The notes under the pieces were generated by a model. It was not told where the DNA came from and did no database searches. It saw nothing but the letters and a program-made list of their open reading frames with translations. Shown in pieces: positions 36,188 to 49,486 of a stretch of 64,000 bases of DNA; the stretch's first letter is position 1, and each line of letters opens with the position of its first letter. The position numbers and the translations under genes are program-made. The DNA is from Oikopleura dioica (taxonomy: Eukaryota; Animalia; Chordata), in the NCBI GenBank assembly GCA_907165135.1, contig OU015567.1, positions 6,386,001-6,450,000 on the forward strand, given 5' to 3'.

Positions 36188-37128
36188 ATGACTCGAGGAA
36201 CCGAGTCGGGAGACCAGCGAAACGTTGCCTCCGCCGCCAACCTCGGGGGATCCTGGAAGCCTGGCGATGATGCCGCTCGAACTCAAGGACACGTCGCTTA
36301 CGGACCATGCGAAGATCCCATCAAGCAGGAGGTGAAAACAAGGAGGAGATAACACTTTGACAATTTTTTCTAATTTCAGGCCCGAGATGCCAACTTTGCT
36401 GACATCGTCACTCTTCCCATTCTCCCAGAGCCCCAGCAAAATCCTCTCACTGCTGGCATGAACATGTGGAGATCTGGCGAGTTCTCTGCTTACGCACTCA
36501 AGGATCGAATTCTCGGTAATTTTTAATTATTGAAGAGCTGATCTGACTTGATCTTAGGATTCTGGCGATGGGCTAACCAGAACAACACCAACGGCGAGAA
36601 GTGGTTCCACGAAGCTCGCCGACGAGTTCCCGGAGTCTGGGAGTGTTCAACAAATGATCGAGCTTGCATTTACGAAGCTGAGATGCAGTTCAAAAAGGAT
36701 CGAGAAGTCGATCGAATGGTCCTTCAAGTTCTTGAAGACCGCCTTCGATCTGTAAGAAAAAAACCCTTTTTGGGCACATTTTGACATGCCTATCTAGTGC
36801 TGGAACGCCCAGGGATCGCTCTGGGGCGACCGAGACATGAACACAGAGAAATGCAACGAACTCGCCATGTTTAAGCGACAAGCTGATATGAATTACGCTG
36901 CCAAGTACCGAAATTTGAACCACTGGGGTGTCCAGTCCACCAAGGCTCTTATGAAGGTCCTTTCCTTCATTCCATAAAATTTGTTTAAAATCTTCTTTTT
37001 AGCAAAAGAACAGATTTATCGAGAAGAGATGGCTCGAACGTCAGGGAAAATCCTTCGACGAAATCCAAAACATGATGCACGAACCTCTTTCCCAGGCCTT
37101 CTTTTATGACATGTGGAAATGGGTATAA
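36188..37128 (+). CDS. NDUFB10: Complex I subunit NDUFB10 (PDSW)
   Basis: RRVPGVWEC..DRACIYEAEMQFKKDREVDRMVLQVLEDRLRSC..KC..KQKNRF parallels the NDUFB10 core, including its Cys pattern. Confidence 0.85.
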
Positions 37129-37280
37129 ACTGTTTAAAATCAGCTCCATACTACTTTAGTAGTATAAATTGTGTCTGCGAATTATTTATTTTCTAACCAC
37201 TGAATGTTAAAAGAGTGGCCCTGTTCAAAAATTTAATCCAATTCTAACTCATTTAATATTCGATTTGCTTTATTCAGACG

Positions 37281-39453
37281 ATGACTGTAACTCGGGTGTT
37301 GGTTCTCATCGACGATACGATTTCCATGGCTGGAATTCATCCTGAGACCAATCGGTAGTTGAATCTTTTTCAGACCTTGCAATATTCTCTAGCCAGCGGA
37401 ACTGGAATAAAATTAGACTCAATCATACCAATATGTGTCAATTCTTCTTTCCTAATTTGTCCAATTTAGTTCCTTTTTGGACATGGCGAAAAGCATCGCT
37501 TCGGACTTTTTGGACGCACTGGCCGAGTCAAGATTTGACGTCCACATTATCGCCCAGACGATTTTTCTCGACAGTGACATTGATCCTCCTCGAAGTGCAT
37601 TCAACCGTGACTGGATTCAGATGAAGAAGAACATAGAGAATATTACTATGAGCACTGAAAGAAGCTGTAATTTAGATGCCATTATCAAGGTGTGCTATTT
37701 CTCTGACCACTTAATAAATTCGATTAATTCAATCTCGATCAGGCCTCGCGACTTCTGGCTGGGAACGATGACGAACAGCCCGGTCATCTTGTTTGTTTAA
37801 CTGATGGCAATGTGTTCTATCCTAGGCTAGGGTTAGATCTATACAGTATTGTTATACGAGTAGTCCTTACTTTCATGCAGGAGACATAGAGGAGAATATC
37901 TAAAACTGTCTAAACCTTTTCGAAGAAAAGAATTTCCGAAAATGTTGAATAAGTTTACATGCATGCCGGCTACGTTGCATATCAGAAGCCTGGGCCCAAA
38001 GCCGAAAATAGACCCCGTCACGTCGCTCGTGAAGGTCGTCGATAAAACTATCGCTAATGGGAAGCGGGCGTCAATTAAACGCGTCGCAGCTAACGAAGTT
38101 GACACCGCTGCGAGGAGATTATTCGTCGATGAGTTTGCGCCGATGACGACGAAACTTGTTCTCGGCAAACTTTCGTCAGGTAAAAATTGAAGATAGAAAA
38201 GAGTGTCAGTAACCAGACTGTGTCAAGAAATGGTGTTGCATCCTCGACCTCCAGGAGTGCTCGATCAAACGAACATCATGTCGATTCTGGGTTTCATCCC
38301 AATCAAGCATCTAAGCGGCCCTCCCATCGACTCAAACCACCAAATCATTCCTGAAGCAATCAATCAGGAAGAACCCCACCTTGTCATTCTTCTGATTCAT
38401 TCACTTCTACAACTGCCAAAGGCGGATAGGAAAGTCGCCCTGGTCAAAATTGGCGACCGCTACGGACTTTTACATGCTCAAGAAAAGGATGAAAGTCACA
38501 AGTGGCTGACGTTTTCGTTGTTCTTTCCTGGAGACACGCCGCTTCCGTGGATGGGTAGCTTTGATTTAAGTTCGTATGCTTTTTTCTTTGAAAAGCTAGT
38601 TATAAAAGTTGTCTCGTCAGAATTTTTGTTGTAAGCTGAGTGACTAATTAGTATTAATGAGGCCCTTCATGGTCGATAGCGTAGGTCTGACCCGTGCCTG
38701 ATTAAGAAGCCGATAAAAATTGTGAAGTCGATACTCTCTAGGGACCCGAGACTTTTTTGCCTTGTATGGCGGTTTTTTTTCTCGATGTTACTATGATGTT
38801 ATGTTACATAATAAATTTGAAATAAGTGGTGTACGGGGACAATGCTGCCAAGCAAGATTATCCGCTGGTGGATGACTTTGCGAAGAGAAGGTCATATGCA
38901 ACGCCGACGATTGTATGGTCAAAAGATAACTGGATCATTGCGGATTTGCAAAAGGCCGCCAGAGTAGCGAAGAAACTCCCAGATAAGCAAGGAAAGTTTC
39001 AAACAACAAATAAGAAGGGCATGTTTTACGATCAGTTAAAAACTTTCAAAGTTGCATTTTACAAAGAAGTAAATCGAATTTCACGAGCTTGTTGTGTTTA
39101 CTCAAATGATGCGGTGCTCGAAGGATTGATGAGGGATTCGAAATAGTACTAAGAAGCTTCGTGAATTTTTAATTTAGGCCATCAACTAATGAATCGCTCG
39201 CTTACAAGGCAGTCTGATCCCTATTGCAGATTTACATGCTCACCACCGAAGCTGCTAATTACAAGGACTCAAAACCAAAAGCCACGGAGGAGATCACTCA
39301 TTGCATTCGCCAACTCAAGGTTGAAAATGTTCTCCGAAAGAGAATTCTGGTAAATAGTATCTTCAGATAATCCTGGCTGCAATCAACGACGAGGACGATC
39401 GGAAAATGCATGAGCTTGAAAATTACACTATCACGCCGATGAGCAGTGGCTAA
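37281..39453 (+). CDS. INTS14: Integrator complex subunit 14 (VWA9)
   Basis: N-terminal VWA domain (VLVLIDDTISM..VCLTDG), FSLFFPGDTPLPWMG, and RRSYATPTIVW..DLQK..AKKLPDKQ..FYKEVNRI, all matching INTS14. Confidence 0.8.
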
Positions 39454-39544
39454 AACTACATTTTTTTCTTTTCATTGCCAGTTTTTTTGTGCTCCACTGC
39501 CACTTGCCCTTCCATTTTCGCTCATTTCATCAACTTCAGAGCTC

Positions 39545-40633
39545 ATGGGAGTCGGACCTTCTCGATTATCTGAAAGCATTGCTCTCTATTTGGGCTCAAT
39601 ACGGGATGCGACTGATAAGAAAAAGCTAAGCGGCGCTGAAATCACTCATCTAGTCAGCATCCTCTCAAACAAACAGATCTCTCAAATGAGAAAATCGACG
39701 AGTGATAAATTTACAGAGCCACTGTTTGAAGACAGAAGTCAGCGAAAACGATTGCTGATTGCAGAAGACGATCATAAAAACTCAAACCTATCGAAGCACT
39801 TTGAGGAAACATCGGAATTCATCCACAGAGGCCTTTGGATTGACCATGGGAATTTACTAATTCATTGCATGATGGGAAAATCTCGCTCAGCAACAATTTC
39901 AACCGCGTATTTATGCACTATTACTGGGCTACCCTGGCTTACAGTATTGAACTCTTTACGCTTTTGCCGCGAGGTAGTCGATCCAAACGAGGGGTTCAAA
40001 GAACAACTCCGGCTATACGAAGAAAATGGATTATTCGAGGTATCTTTGTAACGAATAGAAGTGAATATTTGCCAAGATACAGTGAAAACCCAAAATTTGC
40101 CCACCCGAAATTTGGCCGATTTTTGTATAAATCTGCCTTTTTTGGAATCTGAAATCAAACCAAAATTTGGCCGCTTTTTCAAAAATAAGAAAAAAATTTC
40201 ATCAGAATTGGGCCAAAATGATTCTATTTCTGTTTTTTGAGCTTTTTTAAAGTATTTTAATCATTTAAAATGACTAAATTCTCCTAAGAGTGTCTTCAAA
40301 GAAGCATAAATTTGAATAAAATTCATCAAAAATATAAAAATCATGCCGATTTTCGAAAATTTCGAAACTTTGCTTTGTGAAGGGGCAACTTGGCTACCCG
40401 GCAAAAAACCCAAAATTTGGCCGCATTTTTCGGGAATTTACATCTGAAAACCGGCCAATTTTTGGGTTTTTACTGTATAATATTTGATAATTCAATATTC
40501 TAAAGAATTTGCATAGCGCGATTCTCACAAGCTCGGGCAAATTCACACCATTGATCAAGAAATCCTCGATAAATTGAAGAAAGAGATCGTTAATAATGCT
40601 GAAAATTATCTACAGGAAAGTGGTTCTTACTAA
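39545..40633 (+). CDS. Atypical dual-specificity phosphatase, DUSP22/15-like
   Basis: MG start, LYLGSIRDA, ITHLVSI, AEDD..NLSKHF, catalytic HCMMGKSRS, PNEGFKEQL. The last exon starts at 40517. Confidence 0.85.
40080..40475. mobile_element. Tc1/mariner-type MITE in the DUSP intron
   Basis: TA-CAGTGAAAACCCAAAATTTG ... TTTGGGTTTTTACTG-TA, with internal repeats of CCAAAATTTGGCCG. Confidence 0.75.
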
Positions 40634-41064
40634 TCATAGTTGTAGTGAATTTCTATTGAAAGTATTTTCTAATTTTGTATTCTTTAAATAAGCAGATTTT
40701 TCTTTGTCTGTTATTGACAGCCCTAACTTTACCCTAACCTAGTTGCCCTAGTATTAACTTTTTACCGAATCAATTACAGTAAATACCTCTTTGGCAGAAA
40801 ACGCGCCGGCAAAACGCACGGAACAAGGAAATTGAAACGGTTCTGTACACAAAGTAATTGGTAGTTTTTTTCTCGAAAGGTCGGATCACGCGTGGAGCTC
40901 TAAAGTTGCGCAATCATCTGGAGCCCGAAATCGATTTATTTTTGTATACTAAATATCGGTTGAAAACACAGTCTGTCTGCAAATTGCACTTGCCAAACAA
41001 CTGCCACTATTTTTTGATACTAAAGAGAATCTGCTAAATCAACTAAATTCTTTTGCGGAATAGA

Positions 41065-42355
41065 ATGAAAGATGGCAACGAAAATGAGGTGGAAAAGAAG
41101 GATAAAATTCTCGTAACGCATGGAACCGGCGTTTACGATGTTACCACATTTGCGGACATTCATCCGGGAGGAAGCAAATATCTCAAAGCCTTCAATAAAA
41201 AGGTAGTTTTTTTCATCAATTTAATTGATGACAACAGTGTCTGTTAGACAGGAATCTATTAACACCCCTTTTAGGACATCACAAAGGCAATGGAAGGTCC
41301 CTCTCACAGCCACGGGCCTTGGGCGATGAGATGGCTTTCCGAATTCCGCGTTGGTTTTGCAGAAGACTATCCTGACTTTGAAACTCCGAAGCTTAATCTG
41401 CCCGACAATGATGGCTTTGTGGACTGGACAAAGCCCGTTTTATGGCAAGTCGGCGACCTCAAAGAAAGATATACCGTAATTTCTCACATAAGATTGCAGT
41501 AATTCTTACTTTCTTTTGTAGCAATGGATACTGACTCCTACAGATCGCCCATTGAGGCTGTTCGAGAGTGATTTCTTCGAGTACTTTAGCAACAATACTT
41601 GGTACATCGTGCCGATCTTCTGGCTCCCCATCGTCTTATTCTTTGCCTCTCGATGCATCACTGGTGGTTTTAGCCCTCTGGAAACGTTAACTTTATTCCT
41701 CTTCGGGATCGGAGTTTGGACTCTGACAGAATATGTTCTTCATAGATTTGTGTTTCACCTGGAACCGTATAAATCTTCCGGCTTATTGTCGATCCTAACT
41801 GACAATAAGTTTTGGATCACTTTTCATTTTATCATGCACGGTCAGCACCACAAGGTATGGAAGAGGAAGAATCCTTATATAACTGTTTTTGTATAGGTAC
41901 CGTTCGACAAAGGTCGACTTGTGTTTCCCATCGTTCCAGCTGCCATCATCGTTTATTTCTTTCGAATTCTGATTCACTCCCTTTCTGGCCCTGTTTCCGG
42001 TGAAGGTCTTGTTGCTGGTGGTATCTTTGGGTAAGTTTCTTTTGGCGGACCTTTTCTGAATAATTTGCCGTATAATTTCATTATTACTTCAACTGACAGA
42101 TCTTTACTGATTCTTTATTGTAGTTACGTCCTCTACGACATCATGCACTACTTCACGCATCATGGAGATTTCGCCAAAGGAAGTTATTTCGATAAAGTAC
42201 GACGAGCTCACGTGGGTCACCACTTTATTGATCCAAATAAAAGTAAGTACTCCCCATTATTACTCAATATCTAGCCATTTTCAGCTTTTGGAATCTCGTC
42301 ACAATTCTGGGACGGTCCATTTGGAACAAAAAGAAAAACTGCTAAAGCAGATTAG
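41065..42355 (+). CDS. FA2H: Fatty acid 2-hydroxylase
   Basis: N-terminal cytochrome b5 domain (YDVTTF..IHPGG), then RLFESDFFEYFS..WYIVP, EYVLHRFVFH, HGQHHK, HYFTHH and HVGHH histidine boxes. Confidence 0.93.
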
Positions 42356-43314
42356 CTTCAATTTAAAAGAAAATCACGACTCCACCTCAAGAGATTCAGA
42401 AAAAAACGTCTTCAAGAACAGGCTTTTTCAAAAAAACACTAACACACAAAAATATGCATCCGCGAAAGTTTCAAAACTGACATCAATATCTTCAACCCTC
42501 AATATTTATTAGAGTGAAAGTCATCAGTTTTTGATTGTTCATAAAGAATGTTCAGTTAGAATGATTTGATTCTGATACTATCAGACAGAATTAATGATAA
42601 TTTATCTTTTCCACTGGTAATTGCTCTTTCTCCTCCTGAAAGTAGACTATTTCCTTCTTCACAACTCCAGAACTCAGGTTCAAAAAGTCCAAACTCAACT
42701 AACAACTACATCTACTGTCCTTTCTCACCCTTTTCTTCCCTTTTTTTATCTGTAAATTTTGAAAATAGCACCACTAAACACCTTTTCTTCAAGTTTTGTG
42801 CTCAACGAAATAAATACCTTTTCCATATAAATCTTCAGTCTGACTGATAAAGTGTCCTCAATTTGAACTCTTTATTTGCAGACGTCTTTTCATTTTTCTA
42901 TACACCTGGGAGGAAATATGGACAGGAGGTAGTCTACGCAGAAGTTTTAAGCTGTGGCCCTCCTGTGGGCTCCTGTAGACGTATTTTTGTTGATATTATG
43001 TCCGGGTATTCGTCTTTATCTTATCTTTATCTTATACTTGATGCTGTTCTTCCTCGATACTTGAATTGAGATCACGAAGGTTTGTCGATGAGGTCGACGA
43101 TCTACGTGGTCGATAAGTCGAAATATTGTCCATCAAGACGACGATTTTGCCTCATAAATCGACGACTTTGTCATGGAAATGGTCATTTTTGCCGAGAAAA
43201 TCGAAAAACTAAAAAACCCTTCGAAATTCATATTGAAACTTTCATAAATTGAAATTTGAAAGAATATATATTGATCTTTGATAACTTGCGCTTACAAGCC
43301 TAGAATGAACTAAA

Positions 43315-46300
43315 ATGTCTTCCCAACGCGTTGATACCAAGCAATTCAACACATTCGGTCATGCTTTGCCTCTCCTGCTCGACGAGAACACTGGCAAAGA
43401 ACTCGTCAAATCCAGTCGAAAGCGCGAAGATGATATTTTCAAAATCGACGGGAAGCAGAGATTCCACGGCGCCTTCACTGGTGGCTTTTCTGCTGGCCAT
43501 TGGAACACCGTCGGAAGCGCAGAAGGCTGGGCGCCGCAAGAATTCAAATCGTCGAGGAAAGAAAAGGGAGCGCAGAAACGACAGCGTCCGCAGGACTTCA
43601 TGGACGACGATGACTTCGGCGAGTTTGGAATCGCCCATCGAAAGATTCAAGCTCGAGCAGACTTTGGGAAAGCAGATGTGTTCGTCGATAGTGGCGTAAA
43701 AGACTCGGACGCGTTGAAGTTCACTCTTGGCTTGGGTCTCGCAGCAGCAACGAGAATCGTTCAAGGCTCAGAAGCAAACTGGGGCAATAAGCTGCTCAGA
43801 AAACTCGGCTGGAAAGATGGCCAAGGAATCGGCGCGCGGAAAAGGGCAAAGCAATCGGAAATTCATGGAAATCTTGGAAAGAGAATCGGGCCCACGATGC
43901 CTTCTCGAGAAGCGCTCGTCGCCAACCAGCCTATTTCTTTTGCACCGAAGGATTGCTGCCCGATTACATTTCAAGCTAAAGCGAATAATAAAGGTCTTGG
44001 TTTCAAGGGCGTCACGGCTTTTGGATCCGAAATGGCGACGAACTCAAAGGTTCGTAATTTTGTCAAAAAAGTCGGCGATTTTGTCGAAATCATCAGCAAT
44101 TTGTCACAAAAATCGCTGTTTATTCTTTTCTAAATGGTATCTTAGGCGCTTTCGGTGACTGTTGAAGGTCGAAAAATGAATATTGCTGGACAAGCGTTTG
44201 GCGTTGGCGCACTTGAAGAAGAAGATGCTGACATTTACGCGCAAGACTCGATGATGAACTACAACTTTGACATCAAAACGGAAAGGGAAATCCAGCAGGA
44301 TAAACGACGAGCGAAAATAGAAGAGGACAACAAATTCCGCGCTCGTTATGCCCTCAAAGCACCCAAGATCGAGGGCGGCTACAACGATGTTCTCGAAGGC
44401 TTCGTTCGAGGAAGACCGGTCAAGAAGAACAAGAAGTTCAAAATGCCTGATATTCCAAGAGGCTACACGGGAACCCACGAATTCGACCACGATTGCAAAT
44501 CGGCGATGATAATTCAAGCCTGTCAGGATATTGCTCGTTCCGTGGACGAAATGGCTTCGAAATACAAGGTCGCCATTCCTTCGTACGTCAAAGGAGGGAA
44601 AAGCACACAGCTGTCGGTGGAACAGCGCGCGCACATGCTACACGAACCCGCGCCGAATATTAAAAAAGAAGAGCCAAAGGAAGGGGTTTCTTTTGAATTG
44701 TTCGTTTCTGTAGGGAGCAATTTCCATCGCTTATATAAAGTTTCCAGTGAAAAACCCGCCTAGGCCGAGATAAATTTCCAGTGCAAATGGAAAGATCACG
44801 AAAAGCAAGAACGCTACGATAGATATTGTATCAACGTAAAAGATGGAAAACTCAATCCTTACGACGGCCTTGCGCGAGGTTTTGAAATAATCGATCAATC
44901 AAATTTCAAATTTAAATTTAGATGATTATACAAAATGGGAAATTGACAAAGAAAAGGCGGAATTCGAGCGAGCAGCTACTCAAAAATCTGCAATTACGGA
45001 AATCATGAAGAATCGATTCAAAAGGGCACAGTATCAAGACAAGGACGAGAACGTCTCGCTTGCTAAATCGAAGAGGGAGAAGATGTATCAGGTAAGATGC
45101 CCTCACATTCATCGTTGGAAAATGTCTGAAATTTTGCCCAGGAAAAAATTGATGCCGTGAAGATGAATTTCTTCGGCGCGATGACGCATGAGTGCTACGA
45201 CTGGTATCCATCGAAGATTGTTTGTCGAAGATTCAACGTTCCTGAACCCTATCCCGGCTCGACCCAGCTTGGCTGTCCTTGGCTTGAAGCAGAGAACAAG
45301 TAAGAACATCTCTCTTCTTTCCAATCGAACCCTTTTTGTAGAAAAAGTCAAGCTGCCGAAGAAACAGTTCAAGATATCTTCGGCGCGAGCGACTATCAAA
45401 TGGGTCTTTTCAAATCAGAAGAAGGGAAAACTGCAAGCTCTTCTGATGCTCCTAAAGATCAAACTACAACTCAAACTTCAAGTTCTGAGCCTCCAGTACA
45501 AATGAGCGGAGGACTCGCTTCCGCTGCTGATTTATTGAAAATGGAGGAGCAGCAATTCTCTGCTGCTCCAGCTCAAGCGCCTGTGAGAAAAAGTCTGATG
45601 GAGTTGAAACGCGAGCTCGTTCAAAAACAAGTGCAACGGGAGGTCAAGAAAAAGTTCGAAATCAACCCTAGGCCTGTCCCTGGCTCTGCAGAGAGTAAGC
45701 TTCCAGCAACAGTTAAAACGATCGTCAGAGAAGTCGATTTGAACCAACAAACAAAGGTACTGTTCTTCCCTATTGCTTCAGCTTGAAATCTCCATTTTTT
45801 CTAGCCAATGTCAAAACAGCCCTCGCGATTTTCCAAATTCGCTGAGCCGGAAAAAGCGGATTCGGCAACCATCAGCGCGAAAAAATTACGTATCAAGCAG
45901 AGACAAGAGAAGGTGTCGGAAAAGCTTACGACGGTTGCCGTTACGGATAAGCCGCCCGTCGACGTCTTCAAGTCAATATTCTCCGATTCAGTGAATGGCT
46001 TCCAAATTTATACGGGATAAATTATCCCTAACGTCACCTAGTATAAATTATCGTGACTTATGCTTACTGAATAATAAATAAATTGAGCCACGTGAAGATT
46101 CAAGTGACTCAGAATCGGAAAATGACAGCTCCGACGATGATGAAAGCTCGAGTGCTCTAACTATCAAAACTAAACAGGCCCCAGCTAGTTCCACAGATGC
46201 AGAATCAGCATCTGCGCCTCCTGAGCCTGAAAAGCCATCTGGGCCGGCGCCACTTCAGTGGTCGCGCCCGGGATCAACGTCTCTTCTAAAAAATCTTCCC

Positions 46301-46747
46301 AAAGCAGAAGTCAAGGAGGAAAAGAAAGATTCTGATGATGATCTTGACGCAATGCCTAAATTTGTCTTTACGTCCAAAAAGGATCGCCAAACAACCAAAA
46401 ACAACGAGAAAAACAAGAATTCTGTCGCGACCAACTTGAAAATGGAAGTTGACGATGATGGTTCTCATGGACCAGCTTTGCCTAGCGGATTTAAAATAGA
46501 AAATTCCACCGAGTTCCCCAATTTGGAAGATGAAGTGATTTCGTCTGATTCTGATGAAAATTGCTGGCAAGTTTCGGTGAGTTAGAATCCATCATTCTAG
46601 ACTCTAGAATCTAGAATCTAGAGTCGTCTTGTTGACTTGGAATTTTAGACTGATAAAAAATCAAAGAAGAAAAAGTCCAAAAAGGAGAAGAAGAAAAAGG
46701 AGAAAAAGGAAAAGAAGGAGAAAAAATCGAAAAAGTCAAAGCGCTAG
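43315..46747 (+). CDS. GPATCH1: G-patch domain protein 1
   Basis: RFHGAFTGGFSAG..NTVGS.EGWAP..FKSSR, RPQDFMDDDD, G-patch GNKLLRKLGWKDGQGIG, WYPSKIVCRRFNVPEPY, and a Lys-rich C-terminus. Confidence 0.9.
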
Positions 46748-46851
46748 AATCAGTTGACCTCCATCTTGCATCATTTAGTATTTAATATTTCTGGCCCTGA
46801 GATACAGATAAACAACGGTTGATTCTACTGTTTTAATTCTTGGTTTTTAGA

Positions 46852-48629
46852 ATGAACGGACTTACGAGAGGTCTGCGAAGGTCACTGGTGACCGGCGTTA
46901 GAAGCCAGTTCTTCTCGAAAAATGTAAATAAAAATCAATCACACAATTAAAATAACGATTCATTGATTTTTAGAACGCTTTTTCATCAGAAATTGGCAAA
47001 GACAAATCAGAGCTCATTTACAAAATTCAAAGGCGCGGAGCTCTAGAATCGATACGACAAACCATAAAGTCGTGATTCTGACTTTCCAAATAGTTTTTTA
47101 TTTTTTCGATTCATTAGCTCAGATGGTGATCTGGGGTTGAAGTACCAAAGGAGGATTTCTAGCTCCTTCTTTTGTGTTTCAGAAGAGATTTTTATTGTAA
47201 ATAATCAATTAATTTTTCTAAGCCCCGCCTGCCCTGACTCCCTGAAACAAGAGTCAGAGGGGCCCTTTTCTCCGAACAAAATGAGCATTCTAGAGCTCTA
47301 AAAAAAGTCACCGAGTGAAGCCAGAAGACCAGCAAAATTACCACGATCTTCTGGACGAACACATCCTCAATTTGCACAATGACGAGAATCTACCGCAAAC
47401 CCTTGTTGGCTCCTTCCAGGTCACTTTTGGCACTGAAGATGAGGTGATCCACATTTGGAAGTACTCGGGCGGATATGGCGCGCTGCAGAAGAGCGAATTT
47501 AATGTTGAGGCGAATTCTAAATACAGAGGTACTTGTTTTTGGGGTTGAATTTAATTATTTAGATTAAGGGTTGTCTAAGGATAAGAACTAGACTGGTCGA
47601 ACGTCTCTTTTTAATAAATAATTTGTCGGTTTAAATTGGATTAATCCTTCCTTCCGAGAGATTTATTAAGAAGGTCAAAGGGTGGTCTTCCTTTCAGAAA
47701 TTTTTGGGGTCGTCCGCTTTCCTAAGGATCACATTAGGTCTACATTCTCCCCTGCAGCAAAGATGCAGCGACTCGGCCCAACTCACGGTAGCTCATAGGG
47801 CAAACGTAGGGCAAGTCTGAGCGTGTGATGACTGAGCCTAACTGTAAAAATTGTGCACATTGAGCTGCTAATTTCTCGCCAAAAATCCTGCCCTTACTGA
47901 GGTATTTTCTGGATCATAAGTGGCATTTTTCTTCAGGGCGGTAAATTTGGCTGCCCTTTGAAAGAACTTTGATCTATAATCTTAATAGAATCCTGCCCTT
48001 CAAGGTATTCTCTGGATTTTGAGGGGGGTCTGACCTGCTGATGTGCGTCGACCCGAGGCAAGGAGAATCTCAGCAGGAGCTAGGTTTTAGAACAGTATTT
48101 TCTCACTCGAGAGTTACTCTCACTGAAACTTTAATTCAGAATACCGAGAAGAACGACGAAAGTTTTTGCGGTCTCGGCAAAACCAGATCTTGGTCCAGTT
48201 CGGACACATGCCTGATCCAGTGCCAAGAGCAGGGAATTCCACTTACGAAATGCGCAGCTACAAGCTCAAGTCAGGCAGCATCGGCGAGTGGCATTACAAT
48301 TGGGCGAACATTGGCCTCAAATGCCGATCGCCAGAGGAGGTTGTTACTGGCTTCTTTACAAATGCTGGGCCACTGTAAGTCCTATTTTCTTTCATTGATG
48401 ACTGTATTTTTAAGAAACTTGGTCCACCACCTCTGGTGCTACAAAGATCTCAAGGATCGAGAAGAAACTCGTTCAAAAGCTTGGAATCATCCTGCCTGGG
48501 CAACGCATGTTCGAAATACAGTAAGAATCTTTCCTCAGTCGAGCTTTTCAGACCCCTCTTTAGACCCCTCTGATCAAAAGCTTCGAAACGAAGTTGATGA
48601 CTCCTCTTCCCTGGTCACCACTCCAGTAA
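46852..48629 (+). CDS. NIPSNAP: NIPSNAP family mitochondrial protein
   Basis: IYKIQSHRVKPE, IHIWKYSGGY, YEMRSYKLKSG, VHHLWCYKDLKDREETR, and a C-terminal PWSPLQ. Confidence 0.92.
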
Positions 48630-49233
48630 ACACCCAGTTCCTCCGAAGACCGTCAAATTGAATACGAAATCAAGTGATTCATTGTGAAAAATTTATGCTT
48701 CGAGATTCGAAAATTTACGCTTGTCCCAACAACAAAAATCACCTCTGATCGATTTACCCGATCAACATATTTCGGTGCCATCATTTTACATTACATAATC
48801 ATTTTTATTCGCTCAACATTCTGTCTTTCTGTTTCTTCTGTTTGAAAAACGGTGGTTTTATAAAAAATAAATGATAAGAAAAAAGTACAGCAACAAGATT
48901 TGGCGATATTTGCCAAACTTTTGGCATTCGATGTCAGATGCTATAAAATTTGCAAAAGCACGGTGGAGGTTATTCAGTCACTGAATTTTTCATCGAATTA
49001 TTTGACTAAAAAGGCGCAAAAAAACTGGCAACTACATCAGTTCAAAGAGGGTCTCCTAAAAAAGAAATAAATGAAATGAGGATCAGTGCGATTTTATTTT
49101 CCGTAGTTAATTTTGTTGCAGGTAGGCTCTAAATCGGAGCATAACTTCTATTTGATTCAGTATTATCTTACAGTCTTGCTGATTTATGAGGACTGCAAGA
49201 GCGCTGTGAAAAAAGTAAGAAAGAGAGGGTTTA

Positions 49234-49486
49234 GGGCGGCTACGTTCGAAATTTCGAACGCTGTTCGAGATTTTTCGAACGCCGTTCGAAAAATTTCTGA
49301 AATTGCTTATAAAAATGAGCTCATATGCGCTCCGCGCCTGATTTGTAAGTAAACTCTCCCATAATGATGCCAACTTCCTTTACTAACACAATTTCAACGA
49401 TTTCAGCTCATATTTTGGCAATTTTTGGAAATTTCGAACGCCGTTCGAAAAATGGGCCCAAAAACCGATTTCGAACGTAGCCGCCC
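49234..49486. mobile_element. MITE with 19-bp TIR GGGCGGCTACGTTCGAAAT
   Basis: Perfect 19-bp inverted ends and internal TTCGAACGCCGTTCGAA palindromic units. The left flank is TTA but the right flank is not, so no TSD is confirmed. Confidence 0.7.

Noticed and set aside
44680-44763. Another GA-AG intron, in GPATCH1
   Set aside because: An in-frame GT donor lies 6 nt downstream and the region is too variable to choose between them.
47825-47900. Possible intronic C/D snoRNA (GTGATGA ... CTGA) in NIPSNAP
   Set aside because: No terminal stem or recognisable rRNA-antisense element, and the 3' part recurs as a local direct repeat near 47990.
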